A stretch of DNA of 64,000 nucleotides from a virus (taxonomy: Duplodnaviria > Heunggongvirae > Uroviricota > Caudoviricetes), in the IMG/VR virus record IMGVR_UViG_2721755662_000004. One strand, written 5' to 3'. The notes below the pieces were generated by a model. That model had not been told where the DNA came from. It saw only the letters and a list, made by a program, of their open reading frames with translations, and searched no databases. Shown here piece after piece: positions 47,018 to 57,501 of this stretch. The position numbers were made by a program, and so were the translations under genes. Numbering within the stretch: the first letter of the stretch is position 1; each line of letters opens with the position of its first letter.

Positions 47018-50000
47018 ATGGCTTATTCCGATGAACAGCGCCCTGAAGCGCAATTTGGCAACCAGAGCCGCAACAGCCTGAACATTCAGCAGCCGGGAGA
47101 GACTGACAGCTATGATGTGTTTTTCTCCGATCCCAATCGCTGGAAGGACAACAGCACGTCGTTCAGCCTGGGCGATGTATTGCCAACTATGGGGAAAGGT
47201 GTCGCCCAGTCCGTCCGGGGGACAGGGGAAATGGCCCGTGGACTCGGTGATGCGATGATTCAGAGCCCGGTAAAAACAGGGGTACGTATTTTAAATGAGT
47301 TCAGCCGTATGGGGCTGCCGGGAGTCGCAACTGTTCAGGATATTTTTGTCGGTGGCAGCAAGGGGGCGGATGAGGTCATCGACACTCTGCCTGATGGAAA
47401 AAATGCGGTTACTGATACTGTCGGTAAAGGTCTGAAGGTCACAGGCAAGGCCGTCAGTGGCGGCGCTAAAGCCTCGGATGAATGGCTGACTGGCAAGATG
47501 TCGCCGGGGGCGCAGCGGGCGCTGAATACACCGATGACTGAAGGATATGATGATTCAGCGGTCTGGGTAGCGAAAGGGGTTAACCTGATTGGTGCGCTTG
47601 TACCGGATATGGTTGCAGGCGGTGTGACTAAAAAGCTGGGTGATGTCACTCTGCGAAAAGTGCTGACCGCCGGGCTGGAGAAAAAATACATCGCGGCAGG
47701 GATGCAGCCGGAAAGAGCCACAGCACTGGCAGCCGAAGCTGTCGATAAAAAAATGCCGGATTTTTTCCAGGCAGGCCTGATCACCCATTCCACTGTCAGT
47801 GCGCAAGGGCGGAGTGCAATGGCAGCGGCAGATGCTGTTCTTAACGCGGATTATTCTGAGCTGGCGAAGTCACCGAAATTTCAGCAGACCTTTTTGTCAA
47901 TTGATGCAGATCCGCAGCACGCGCAGCTTACTGACCGCCAGAAAATGGACCTGGCAAAAGAGCGTGTTGCCGATGAGGTGCGTGCGCAGCTGGCAACCGA
48001 TCCTGAATTGCTGGCTGTGAATGCCATGGCGGCAAAACTGGGCGATGCTCAGTTGCTTAATCTGGCGATGCGGGGCACGGCGAAGACCGTTAAAAGCGGC
48101 ATTGTCAGAAATGCCACGGAACAGGGGACGATTAATGCGGCGCAGGGTGGCTATTCACGCTATCAGGAAAACACGGCATTGCGTGAGACCGCCGGAATGG
48201 ATGTGTCACCGTGGGAGGGCGTGGCTGACGCAACGATCGAAGGTGCAGCCCTTGGTGCTGCAATGGGGGCACCATTCGGTGCGGCTGCCGGATATCGTGG
48301 AAAACGTCAGGCGGCAGATGAAGCAGCCATGCGTGAGGCTGAAAGCGTTCCTCAGGACGAATCGGCTCCGCAACCCGAACCGGTTGATCCGGTGGCACAG
48401 CATCGTGAATCTATGCAGGGGATGAATCGCGAGCAGCTTCTGGAACAGTATGCTGATGCGGATATGGCACATGAGGGAGACACGTCTGCCGTTCATCGCC
48501 GGGAAGCCGCCAGCCAGCTGTTGAATGAACTGGATGAACAGGCGAAGCGACAGGCGGTGATGGATGAGCTGAAGGCGAAGCCGCGCCCTGAACTGCTTGA
48601 GGAATACCGAAAACTCAGCCAGAAGGAAGGGCGTACTGATACTGAAGAGCAGCAGTTACAGGCAATACGTGATGTGCTTCGCCCTCAGCGGGAGGCCAGA
48701 CCGGAGGCACAGCCACAGCCGGAAAATGCGGATGATGGCGACGGGAGTATTTACCCGACGGTGCGGTTCCGCGATCCGGATGAAGTTCGTATTGAAATTA
48801 ACGAGAGTGGTGCGTCCAGACCAGCAGAACGCATTGAAAAGGTGCGTCCGGACAACCGTTATTTCACGGATGAAAAAAGTGCTCTGGGGAGCGACGTTTT
48901 CCGCAATGCCAGCGCCACCGGCCTGAAACCGTCCGTAGTGAAGAAAGGCGAGAATCAGTATGCCGTTGAAATGGATAATCCTGCGTTCTCTGAAGATGTG
49001 GCAACGGAGACCATTAACACTCTGGCTGACGGAGAGCGTATTACTGATGCTGATCCGATGGAACAGCCCGCGTTCATGCGTGACCCGCGATTCCGTGGTT
49101 TTACGGGGGATGATACAGAAGTGCAGGCCCGTCTTGCTCGTGGCAACGCGCCGACGGCGGAAGAACTGGTGCGTTCCCAGATGGCTGAAGGTGATGCCGG
49201 TCCGACAGCACAGGAGTTAACTGAGCGTCCACGCCTTCCCGCTCCCGGCGATATTCATCCCGGACAGGGATATCCGTTACCAGGAGAAGTAGCGCGTACG
49301 CCGGATGAAAATCAGGCCGGACGTGGTGGTCGTTTTACCACAACCGGTGAGGTGAAGGGCCAGAGTTTCCAGAAAGGACGTGCGCAGGCACCGGAAAATG
49401 CCGCTGGTCGCCAGGGGGAAATACTGGAGGGCGAAACAGTTCGTCGTGGTCTGCCGTCACCGGATGAGCAGAACGCCACAGCACCAGTGCGTGAAGGTCT
49501 TCCTGCACCTGAAAGTCAGCGTGGGGTTGATATGCCACAGCCTGAATCACTCCCTCGTATGGTTCGTGACTCCCTTCCGGAACTGGCACAGCAGGCAGAA
49601 GCACGCAGACAGACCGGGGATAATCGCCAGACCATAACCGATGTTCCGGATACTGAGGTGCCGGTGCCGGTAGATAAACCGAGCACTCACCAGCAGGCGC
49701 GTGGTGCGAAAATTGAAGACTTTGGCGAGGAGATTAAGGGCGCGGCAAAACACCGTTATGCGCAGCTTGCTGAAGCTATGGGTAAAACGCTGGAGGATGG
49801 GGAGTACGCGACACAACCACTGAGCAAACTGTTTCCAAAGCCGGATTATGCCCGTCTGGAAAAAGAAGGTGTGGATAGTGACACGCTGGCAATGATGGCG
49901 TTGTATCGCAGTGAAATTCCCACCAGAACAAGCCGTAACATGCAGAAATGGATCAGCATTGTTAAAAGCGGTCGCGAAGCTACTGCCGGTATGCTGGAGG

Positions 50001-53000
50001 GGAAAATTCCGGCAGCGAAACTGGCTGATATGATGGACAGTAAGCCGGGGTTACGGAGCATGTCGGATACCTGGAAACTGCTCCGTACGCTTTCTGCATT
50101 GCAGATTGATAAAGCATCCGGCTATCGTGTCAGGTCCGGTGTTTATTCGTTTGTCGGGGGAAAACGTTACGATCCGCCGCAAATGATGTATTCGCTTCGT
50201 GATAGCAAGGGGCGCGACCTCTTTTTCTCGGAAAGCCGGGATGAGTTACTGAAAAAGGCGAAAGCATATTTCGATGAACAAGGCTCCAGAGAAAGGGAAA
50301 CGCCAGCAACCTCTGCTGATGACAGAATAACCTTTGACGTGTACCGGCATAAGGCCAGTGGCGACATTTTTATCGGTTATGGCAAAAACAGGCAGAAACT
50401 GAAGGGCGGTTTTGAGTCTGCCCGTGATGCACATGATTATGTGCGCACACATCGTGATGAGCTGGTTAATCAGGTGAAGGCGCTGCGTGAAGTCTCGCGT
50501 GAGGAGCAGCGTAACGCCACCAACCGCGATCGTACCGGACCAGAACGCCGCAAGGGGGATGTTTCGCCGGAGCAGTTCAGTGATGCGTTTGGTTTTCGTG
50601 GTGTGCAGTTTGGTAATTATGTGGAAAGTCCGCGTCGTCAGGCTGATTTGAACCGGGCTTATGACTCGCTGCATGACCTGGCTGACGTGCTGAACGTGCC
50701 GACAAAAGCGCTTTCTCTGAACGGTCGTCTTGGGCTTGCTTTTGGTGCCCGTGGTAAGGGTAAGGCGGCGGCACACTATGAGCCGGGTGAGGTGGCAATC
50801 AACCTGACAAAAGGTAACGGACCGGGGGCGCTGGCCCACGAATGGTTCCATTCACTGGATAATTATTTTGGTCGTTATGATGTTTCCACTGACGGGAAGA
50901 TCACGTCAGGTGGCGACTATATGACGGAAGCACAGCGTGCCGGGCGCGTATTTAAAGACGGCAGGTATGTTGATGCGGAATATCCGGTACGTCAGGAGGT
51001 TTACGACGCGTTTAAAGGCGTGATGAAAGCCATTAACAGCAGTGACATGTTGCGTCGTTCTGAACGCCTGGATGGCGTTCGTTCAAAACCGTACTGGTCA
51101 ACGGATGTTGAAATGGCGGCGCGAGCCTTTGAGCGTTATGTTCAGGATAAAGCGCGTATGGCTGGCGTGGAGAATGATTATCTGGTCAATATCCGTAAGG
51201 CGGATGACCATGGACAGCCGGACACCTACGCTTATCCGACGAATGCAGAACTGGATGGCGGTATTCGTGAGGCATTCGATCACTTGTTCCGAACACTGAA
51301 AACCCGTGAGACGGACAAGGGAGTTGCGTTTTATTCCCGTAAGGGCGTGACCCGCACACCTGAAGGCAATCTGATTTCGGATGTTAACCGCAGTGCGGAA
51401 GCCAAAGGCAGTCCGGTCCCGCAGGTTGAAGCTGTTGCCCGTGGCGTGATTAGTGGCATTAAGGACAGTGACCTGAAGGTCCGCGTGGTGAAGTCACAGA
51501 AAGAGGCTGAAGCACTGGCGGGTGAATCATTCGACGGTTACGGCAAGGTGCACGCGTTCTATCGTCCGGATAAACGTGAAATTGTCCTGGTGGCGGATAA
51601 CATCCCTGACGGGCGGACCGTTCGCGAGAAGTTACGTCACGAGATTATTCACCATGCAATGGAGCATGTAGTCACGCCAGCGGAATATCAGACGATTATT
51701 AAGACCGTGCTGAAAACCCGTGACAGTGATAACGCCACCATCCGTGAAGCCTGGCGTAAGGTTGATGCGTCTTATGGTAAGGAATCACCGGAAGTGCAGG
51801 CGGGTGAATTTCTGGCGCATATGGCAGAGAAGCAGCCGATTAAATTCGTGGCGGCATGGGAGCGTGTTGTTGCCCTGGTCAAAGGGGTACTGCGTCGTAC
51901 GGGGTTACTGAAGCCGACGGAACTGAACGATATCAGACTTGTTCGCGAAACTATTCGCACGTTAGGCCAGCGTGTGCGGGAAGGTTACACGCCGCGTGAG
52001 GATGGCGCGGACGCATCGTCTCAGTACTCCCGTAGCGGTAAGCCTGATCCGTTCAAAGTGCCGGAAGGTGAGGGCGAGCGTTATCGTGATGACCTTGCCA
52101 GAATGATGAAGTCTCTGCGCACCACAGATTTAACGGTAAACATCGGGCGTACGCCGCCGGTATTGCGTCACCTTGGCGCACCAGATTTGCCGCTGGTTAT
52201 CTCCCGCGACACTGTGCGTAAGGCCACCAATGGAGTGAAACATGTGGTGCCGATGGATGTTATCGAGAGACTACCGGAACTGATGCACGATCCGGATGCA
52301 ATTTACCGTTCCGCGACAGAAAGAAATGCGGTTGTGATGCTGCTTGATGCCATGGATAAAAATGGTGATCCTGTAGTGTCAGCGGTACACATGAAGGCTG
52401 TCCGGTCGCGCCTGGAAATCAACAAGGTAGCTTCGGTTTACGGTACGGAAGGAGGAATGAATAAGGCAAATAGTCTGGATAAAGCCGGATTAACGCTTTA
52501 CCGGAAGAAAAAATTAAGCCGCGATAACCTTCTGCACAGAGGGCTTCAATTGCCCAAAGGGGAACATTCTTATCGCGGCTCTGTAGATAAAATACTCTAT
52601 CCTGAAGATATTCGCAAGGGGCCGTATTACTCCCGCACCAGCAGTCTGACGCCGGAAGAGACAATTGCATCCCGTTTTGTTCGCCAGATGCAGGATAAAT
52701 TCCAGGTGCTGAAGGCGGTGCAGGAGAATATCCGTAAAACTGGCGGAAAAATAGATGACAGCAATAACGCCTATATGGCTGAAGAACTCTTCCACGGGAA
52801 GGCGGAAAACGACCTGAACGTAATGAAGGAGCGCTACGTTCAGCCGCTGGCCAAATTGCTGGCGGACTACAAAATTGCGCAGGCCGATCTGGATGAGTAC
52901 CTCTACGCCCGTCACGCGCCGGAACGTAACGCGCATATTGCGAAAATCAACCCGAAAATGCCGGACGGCGGTTCGGGGATGACCAACGCGGAAGCGGCGG

Positions 53001-55372
53001 AAATCATGCAGCGTGTGCGTAACAGCGGCAAACAGGCACAGTATGACCGTCTGGCAGGGATTATTGACGATATGCTGGCCCGTCGCCGTGAGATTATCCG
53101 TGAGGCAGGACTGGAAGAGAGCGGCGTGGTGGATGCCTGGCAGAAAGCCTACCGTTACTACGTCCCCCTGAAAGGGCAGGATGTTGACGGTGTGGTGTCA
53201 CTGCCACGTACAGGCAAGGGATTCACCATCGGCGGGCGTGAAAGTAAGCAGGCCATGGGGCGTGCATCCCGCGCACAGTCTCCTTCCACTCAGGCGATAC
53301 AGGATTTGAGTGAATCGCTGATCCGCAATCGCAAAAATGAAGTGGGTAACGCCTTCCTGAAACTGGTACAGGATAATCCCGACAAGGATTACTGGCAGGT
53401 ATTCACTGATGACAGACCGGATACAATGCGTGTGATTGCAGAGCGCAAGGACCAGGAAACTGGTGAAACCATTCGCGAAGTTGTCGAGCGCCCTGTGCCG
53501 ATGGCAATGATGGCGGATCGCTACTTCACCACCAAAAAGGACGGCAAAACTTACTACATTAAACTTCATGATCCGCGCCTGATGCGTGCGATGAAGAACA
53601 TGGGGCCGGAAACCAGTAACGCCGTAATCCGTACGCTGGGGAAAGTTAACCGCTTCCTGGCAACGGTGAACACGTCGTATAACCCGGAATTTCTGGTCAG
53701 TAACTTCATCCGTGACGTGCAGACTGCGGTGATGAACCTGAAGGCTGAGCAGGGAAGAAGCGACGGCAAACTGAAAGGGCTGGATAACTTATCCGCGCTG
53801 GCTGTGGTGAAAGACAGCCGTTCCGCCATGTCAGCCGTATACGCAAGTCTGCGGGGTAAAACCCTCACGGGCAAAGGCGCACAGTGGCAGAAAGTGTGGA
53901 AAGAGTTTGTTGAGGACGGAGGTAAAACCGGCTGGTTTAACATGGGTGACCTTGAGGGCCAGCAGAAGGAAATGGATCGCCTTGTGTCGCTGGCGAAGGG
54001 CGGATGGAAAGGCCAGAGTATCGGTGCATGGCATTCGTTCCTGAACCTGGTCGAGGATGCCAACGGCGCGGTTGAAAACGCTCTGCGTCTTTCTGCCTAT
54101 AAACACGCCCGTGATGCCGGTTTGTCACGCCAGCAGGCGGCGTCTCTTGCCAAAAACATGACGGTGAACTTTAACCGTCGTGGTGAGCAGGGGATGCTGA
54201 TGAACTCGCTGTACATGTTTGCCAACGCCAGCATTCAGGGGACCGCAAACCTGGTGAGAACGCTCGGACATCTTAATGGCGACGGGCCGTTACTGGAGCG
54301 CCTTCGCTGGAAGAATCTCAATGTACCGCAGAAAATCGTGCTTGCAGCTGTGGGAGCGGGTTATCTGCTTGGCTCGCTTAACCGCAGTGTGGCGGGTGAG
54401 GATGATGACGGGGTTAACTGGTACGACAAAGTACCGTCTCATGTGAAAGAGCGTAACCTCGTCATCATGAAATCGATGTTCGGGGGCAAGGCCGGTGAGT
54501 ACTGGAGTATTCCTCTGCCTTACGGGTACAACGTGTTCTTCCTGCTTGGTCATACAGCTGAAGGTGTGGCAGCGGGCGACCTGACTGCTTCACGTGCTGC
54601 CGGTAATGTTGTCGGCGGTATCCTGGGGGCATTCAGCCCGATCGGCAGCGAGATGTCGGAAACGTTGTCGGGGGCATTGCTGAAAAATGCAGCACCGACA
54701 ATTCTGCGTCCGTTTGCGAATCTTGCCATGAACGAAAACTTCATGGGGGCGCAGATTTACCAGGAGAACATGCCGTTTGGTACACCAAAACCTGACAGCC
54801 AGCTGGGAAGACGTTCAACGCCAGAAGCGTACAAGGCGTTTGCATTCTGGCTGAATGCGTTCTCAGGTGGCAGCCAGTATCGTCCCGGCGCGGTGGATAT
54901 CACACCGGAATCGCTGAAATTCTGGATTGACTATATCTCCGGAGGGACAGGGCGCTTCATTTCCAAAACCACGGATGCGGCGGTGAAATCGCTGAATGGT
55001 ATTGATATACCGGAACAGCAGGTGCCCTTCCTGGGGAAAATTTCGGGTGAGGTGATGCCGTATGCAGACCAGCAGAAGATGTACGACCGGATGACAGAGG
55101 TTGCGCAGTATCACGCAGAGCTGAAGAGTCTAACCGGTGCAGAAAGAACGGCGTTCATTGACGAGAACAACGGAAAATTGTTGATGAACGGGCTTATGCA
55201 GGATACCCGGAAGAGACTGAAGGATTTGCGCAAACAGCGCGATGCCATTTATGCCGACAGTTCTCTCAGTCTGGCGCAGCAGGCGGCGATGGTGAAATCG
55301 GTAGAGCGGGATATGAAGGTTGCCGTGGATCGGTTTAACCGCGAGTACAACAAAAAAGTGGGAGTGGATTAA
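47018..55372 (+). CDS. Giant 2784-aa protein with zincin-like HExxH motif (polyvalent-type virion protein)
   Basis: Single uninterrupted ORF of 8.35 kb; internal ALAHEWFHSLDNYFG motif; multi-segment composition. Confidence 0.8.
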   Translation: MAYSDEQRPEAQFGNQSRNSLNIQQPGETDSYDVFFSDPNRWKDNSTSFSLGDVLPTMGKGVAQSVRGTGEMARGLGDAMIQSPVKTGVRILNEFSRMGLPGVATVQDIFVGGSKGADEVIDTLPDGKNAVTDTVGKGLKVTGKAVSGGAKASDEWLTGKMSPGAQRALNTPMTEGYDDSAVWVAKGVNLIGALVPDMVAGGVTKKLGDVTLRKVLTAGLEKKYIAAGMQPERATALAAEAVDKKMPDFFQAGLITHSTVSAQGRSAMAAADAVLNADYSELAKSPKFQQTFLSIDADPQHAQLTDRQKMDLAKERVADEVRAQLATDPELLAVNAMAAKLGDAQLLNLAMRGTAKTVKSGIVRNATEQGTINAAQGGYSRYQENTALRETAGMDVSPWEGVADATIEGAALGAAMGAPFGAAAGYRGKRQAADEAAMREAESVPQDESAPQPEPVDPVAQHRESMQGMNREQLLEQYADADMAHEGDTSAVHRREAASQLLNELDEQAKRQAVMDELKAKPRPELLEEYRKLSQKEGRTDTEEQQLQAIRDVLRPQREARPEAQPQPENADDGDGSIYPTVRFRDPDEVRIEINESGASRPAERIEKVRPDNRYFTDEKSALGSDVFRNASATGLKPSVVKKGENQYAVEMDNPAFSEDVATETINTLADGERITDADPMEQPAFMRDPRFRGFTGDDTEVQARLARGNAPTAEELVRSQMAEGDAGPTAQELTERPRLPAPGDIHPGQGYPLPGEVARTPDENQAGRGGRFTTTGEVKGQSFQKGRAQAPENAAGRQGEILEGETVRRGLPSPDEQNATAPVREGLPAPESQRGVDMPQPESLPRMVRDSLPELAQQAEARRQTGDNRQTITDVPDTEVPVPVDKPSTHQQARGAKIEDFGEEIKGAAKHRYAQLAEAMGKTLEDGEYATQPLSKLFPKPDYARLEKEGVDSDTLAMMALYRSEIPTRTSRNMQKWISIVKSGREATAGMLEGKIPAAKLADMMDSKPGLRSMSDTWKLLRTLSALQIDKASGYRVRSGVYSFVGGKRYDPPQMMYSLRDSKGRDLFFSESRDELLKKAKAYFDEQGSRERETPATSADDRITFDVYRHKASGDIFIGYGKNRQKLKGGFESARDAHDYVRTHRDELVNQVKALREVSREEQRNATNRDRTGPERRKGDVSPEQFSDAFGFRGVQFGNYVESPRRQADLNRAYDSLHDLADVLNVPTKALSLNGRLGLAFGARGKGKAAAHYEPGEVAINLTKGNGPGALAHEWFHSLDNYFGRYDVSTDGKITSGGDYMTEAQRAGRVFKDGRYVDAEYPVRQEVYDAFKGVMKAINSSDMLRRSERLDGVRSKPYWSTDVEMAARAFERYVQDKARMAGVENDYLVNIRKADDHGQPDTYAYPTNAELDGGIREAFDHLFRTLKTRETDKGVAFYSRKGVTRTPEGNLISDVNRSAEAKGSPVPQVEAVARGVISGIKDSDLKVRVVKSQKEAEALAGESFDGYGKVHAFYRPDKREIVLVADNIPDGRTVREKLRHEIIHHAMEHVVTPAEYQTIIKTVLKTRDSDNATIREAWRKVDASYGKESPEVQAGEFLAHMAEKQPIKFVAAWERVVALVKGVLRRTGLLKPTELNDIRLVRETIRTLGQRVREGYTPREDGADASSQYSRSGKPDPFKVPEGEGERYRDDLARMMKSLRTTDLTVNIGRTPPVLRHLGAPDLPLVISRDTVRKATNGVKHVVPMDVIERLPELMHDPDAIYRSATERNAVVMLLDAMDKNGDPVVSAVHMKAVRSRLEINKVASVYGTEGGMNKANSLDKAGLTLYRKKKLSRDNLLHRGLQLPKGEHSYRGSVDKILYPEDIRKGPYYSRTSSLTPEETIASRFVRQMQDKFQVLKAVQENIRKTGGKIDDSNNAYMAEELFHGKAENDLNVMKERYVQPLAKLLADYKIAQADLDEYLYARHAPERNAHIAKINPKMPDGGSGMTNAEAAEIMQRVRNSGKQAQYDRLAGIIDDMLARRREIIREAGLEESGVVDAWQKAYRYYVPLKGQDVDGVVSLPRTGKGFTIGGRESKQAMGRASRAQSPSTQAIQDLSESLIRNRKNEVGNAFLKLVQDNPDKDYWQVFTDDRPDTMRVIAERKDQETGETIREVVERPVPMAMMADRYFTTKKDGKTYYIKLHDPRLMRAMKNMGPETSNAVIRTLGKVNRFLATVNTSYNPEFLVSNFIRDVQTAVMNLKAEQGRSDGKLKGLDNLSALAVVKDSRSAMSAVYASLRGKTLTGKGAQWQKVWKEFVEDGGKTGWFNMGDLEGQQKEMDRLVSLAKGGWKGQSIGAWHSFLNLVEDANGAVENALRLSAYKHARDAGLSRQQAASLAKNMTVNFNRRGEQGMLMNSLYMFANASIQGTANLVRTLGHLNGDGPLLERLRWKNLNVPQKIVLAAVGAGYLLGSLNRSVAGEDDDGVNWYDKVPSHVKERNLVIMKSMFGGKAGEYWSIPLPYGYNVFFLLGHTAEGVAAGDLTASRAAGNVVGGILGAFSPIGSEMSETLSGALLKNAAPTILRPFANLAMNENFMGAQIYQENMPFGTPKPDSQLGRRSTPEAYKAFAFWLNAFSGGSQYRPGAVDITPESLKFWIDYISGGTGRFISKTTDAAVKSLNGIDIPEQQVPFLGKISGEVMPYADQQKMYDRMTEVAQYHAELKSLTGAERTAFIDENNGKLLMNGLMQDTRKRLKDLRKQRDAIYADSSLSLAQQAAMVKSVERDMKVAVDRFNREYNKKVGVD

Positions 55373-55495
55373 CAGAAATGGCCCCGTACGGAAGTGCGGG
55401 GCTGATTAAGAAATAAACACACATTAACCTGTAATAACCGGAGCTATTAACATATAGTCAGAAAGAGTATTTCATGTGAGACAGAGAGCCGATTT

Positions 55496-55687
55496 ATGTT
55501 TAATGAAGAAAAAGTTGCGCAAATGGCAGCGTATTTGCTGAAAAAGCATGGCGGATCTATGCGTTTCATTAAGCTGATGAAGCTGATGTATCTCTCTGAC
55601 CGCAAAGCAATGGAGTCTTTAACCGGGAAGGGGAGAGGTTTGAATGCTCCCCCACAATTCCCCGGCATCAAATCTCCATGCAGGTGA
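55496..55687 (+). pseudogene. Possible N-terminal fragment of Panacea-domain (DUF4065) protein
   Basis: MFNEEKVAQMAAYLLKKHGGSMRFIKLMKLMYLSDRKAMESL then unrelated sequence; weak. Confidence 0.25.
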
Positions 55688-55773
55688 ACTATTTTACCCC
55701 CAGCGGCAAATCGCAAAAACAATCAGTGCGATCGAAATGGCAGCCACTACAATTGCAAATGCTTCAGGCTAGG

Positions 55774-56502
55774 TCATTGGCGTACCTCCTTCGGCGGTTC
55801 TGGTAGCGGCATCCAGTGGGTTACTTCTTTGAGATGCAGGTCTTCGCCATCACCGTCATCCCAAGTGGGATTGCCATCATTAAACCAGTCGCCATATACG
55901 CCGACCTGAGTGTTGGGGATGCTTGGTGGGTAGTTGTTTTTAAAGTCAGCTGCTAACACATAGTATTGTCGCTCTCCCATTTCTGGCATTCGATCACTAC
56001 AGCTTATCCAACCATCCGGAGTTACCGGAGAGCTGGTTGACGCTTCCGGGATTTTCCGAAAATTATTGGTTGACGAATCTTTATTTTCCCGAAAGTTTCC
56101 GGACTGAAGCATGGCGGCGCGGCAGGCGTTCCATATTTCGGCAGCAATATCGCGCTCGCTATCGGTTAATTTGTACGTGGAAACATAGCCAGAGAGCATT
56201 TCTACGTTTTCCGGAGTTGCTTCTTCCGGCACTACCGGCGCTGGCGGGGCGATGCGTCCAAGCAACTTATTTACCTCTTTCGCCATCGCGTCATATTTAT
56301 CTAAATGGCGATTAGCTTCTAAGCAGACTCGGCGCATCTGATCTGAGTTAACTCGTTTAACTGGATCTGCTTCCAGCGATGCCAGTGCAATCCGTGCCAG
56401 TTCTTCCGCTTCTTCTGCTGGCAGTACAACGTTGCTACCAGGTCCGTATGTTTCGCGCCACTGCTTGATTGTCAGTAGTCGCTCTTTGGTAATAGTGATC
56501 AT
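55774..56502 (-). CDS. DUF551-family protein (second paralog)
   Basis: 242 aa; C-terminal region PDGWISCSDRMP...WMPLPEPPKEVRQ near-identical to first copy. Confidence 0.65.
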   Translation of the reverse strand: MITITKERLLTIKQWRETYGPGSNVVLPAEEAEELARIALASLEADPVKRVNSDQMRRVCLEANRHLDKYDAMAKEVNKLLGRIAPPAPVVPEEATPENVEMLSGYVSTYKLTDSERDIAAEIWNACRAAMLQSGNFRENKDSSTNNFRKIPEASTSSPVTPDGWISCSDRMPEMGERQYYVLAADFKNNYPPSIPNTQVGVYGDWFNDGNPTWDDGDGEDLHLKEVTHWMPLPEPPKEVRQ

Positions 56503-57014
56503 GCCGCGTTTCCTTCTTTCTTATTAACAATTACACCGTCATATATTTCATTAAGGTGCCCTCTCAACTCCATGCGCCTTAATGCAGATAACATGTAATC
56601 GCATTCAACCTGCTTATTTCCAGTAAATGGCTTATCGTCAGGATTACCCCAACAGCAATTACCCTTGGGCCACCCATGTACTTTCCGTACTCTTCCGTTA
56701 ACAACGTGAAGTAACCCCCAGCCAGGTGGTAAATCCTCAATTGAAATAATTCCCGGCTCACTAATAAAGAATCGCCAGTCGCCCATTCCAAGAGACGGAT
56801 TTTTACGAAAACGCTTTTTTCTATCTGCTAACAAGTCAGCACGAGAACACTTCGCCTCTATCAGGCATGATGCTGAATTTCTGAATCCCATAGCATCTGG
56901 CTGTTCTCCGGTACTGGTTACAGCTATAAAGCGGTCATGAAAACAAACCTTGAACCCGTTGCGCTTAAGGAACTTGTACGCAATCTGACAGAGTTCGTGG
57001 TGTGTTAACGCCAT
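56499..57014 (-). CDS. Hypothetical protein, possible PD-(D/E)xK-type nuclease fold
   Basis: Start MALTHHELCQ with AAGGAG SD; D...EAK-like motif (DAMGFR...LIEAKCS); weak. Confidence 0.45.
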   Translation of the reverse strand: MALTHHELCQIAYKFLKRNGFKVCFHDRFIAVTSTGEQPDAMGFRNSASCLIEAKCSRADLLADRKKRFRKNPSLGMGDWRFFISEPGIISIEDLPPGWGLLHVVNGRVRKVHGWPKGNCCWGNPDDKPFTGNKQVECDYMLSALRRMELRGHLNEIYDGVIVNKKEGNAA

Positions 57015-57015
57015 A

Positions 57016-57501
57016 TCACTCTCCTTTGATGCGAATGCCTGTTGCAATGCTGTTTATGATGCTGTCAGTGCATGGGGTAGAAAGCTGGGCATCTCCAGCA
57101 ATTTTCATGACCTCAACATCTGCATATCGAATACCGAGGTGTATCAGACCGGCTATGCCTGACTTAAGCCGAGCATTTTCCATAAATAGAACTTTTGCCC
57201 GCTGTTTTTCTGCTTCAAGCTCAACGCGCAGCTTCCCTACCGTTAGCGCAATATCCTCGTTCTCCTGATCGCGGCTTTTGATGTATTGCAGGTTTCTTTC
57301 CCGTTCATCCAGCAGTGCCAGCACGGTTTCTGGTCCGGTCAGAAATTTGAAGGCGTTGAGCGCATCAATATCCACACCGTAATCTTTAAGTTCCTGTTCA
57401 CTTAACAAGTCATCATCAGCTGGCAACATTAACAGGCGTTCCATTGCTGGAATTGCACGTTCCGCCACCTCACGCAGTGCCTGGTAATTAATTTCGCTCA
57501 C
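57016..57501 (-). CDS. Ea22-like early protein
   Basis: 161 aa; N-terminus MSEINYQALREVAERA shared with adjacent paralog. Confidence 0.55.
   Translation of the reverse strand: MSEINYQALREVAERAIPAMERLLMLPADDDLLSEQELKDYGVDIDALNAFKFLTGPETVLALLDERERNLQYIKSRDQENEDIALTVGKLRVELEAEKQRAKVLFMENARLKSGIAGLIHLGIRYADVEVMKIAGDAQLSTPCTDSIINSIATGIRIKGE

Noticed and set aside
47335-55114. Numerous 60-200 aa ORFs on both strands inside the giant gene
   Set aside because: All lie within one uninterrupted 2784-codon reading frame; they are frame artefacts of a GC-rich coding region
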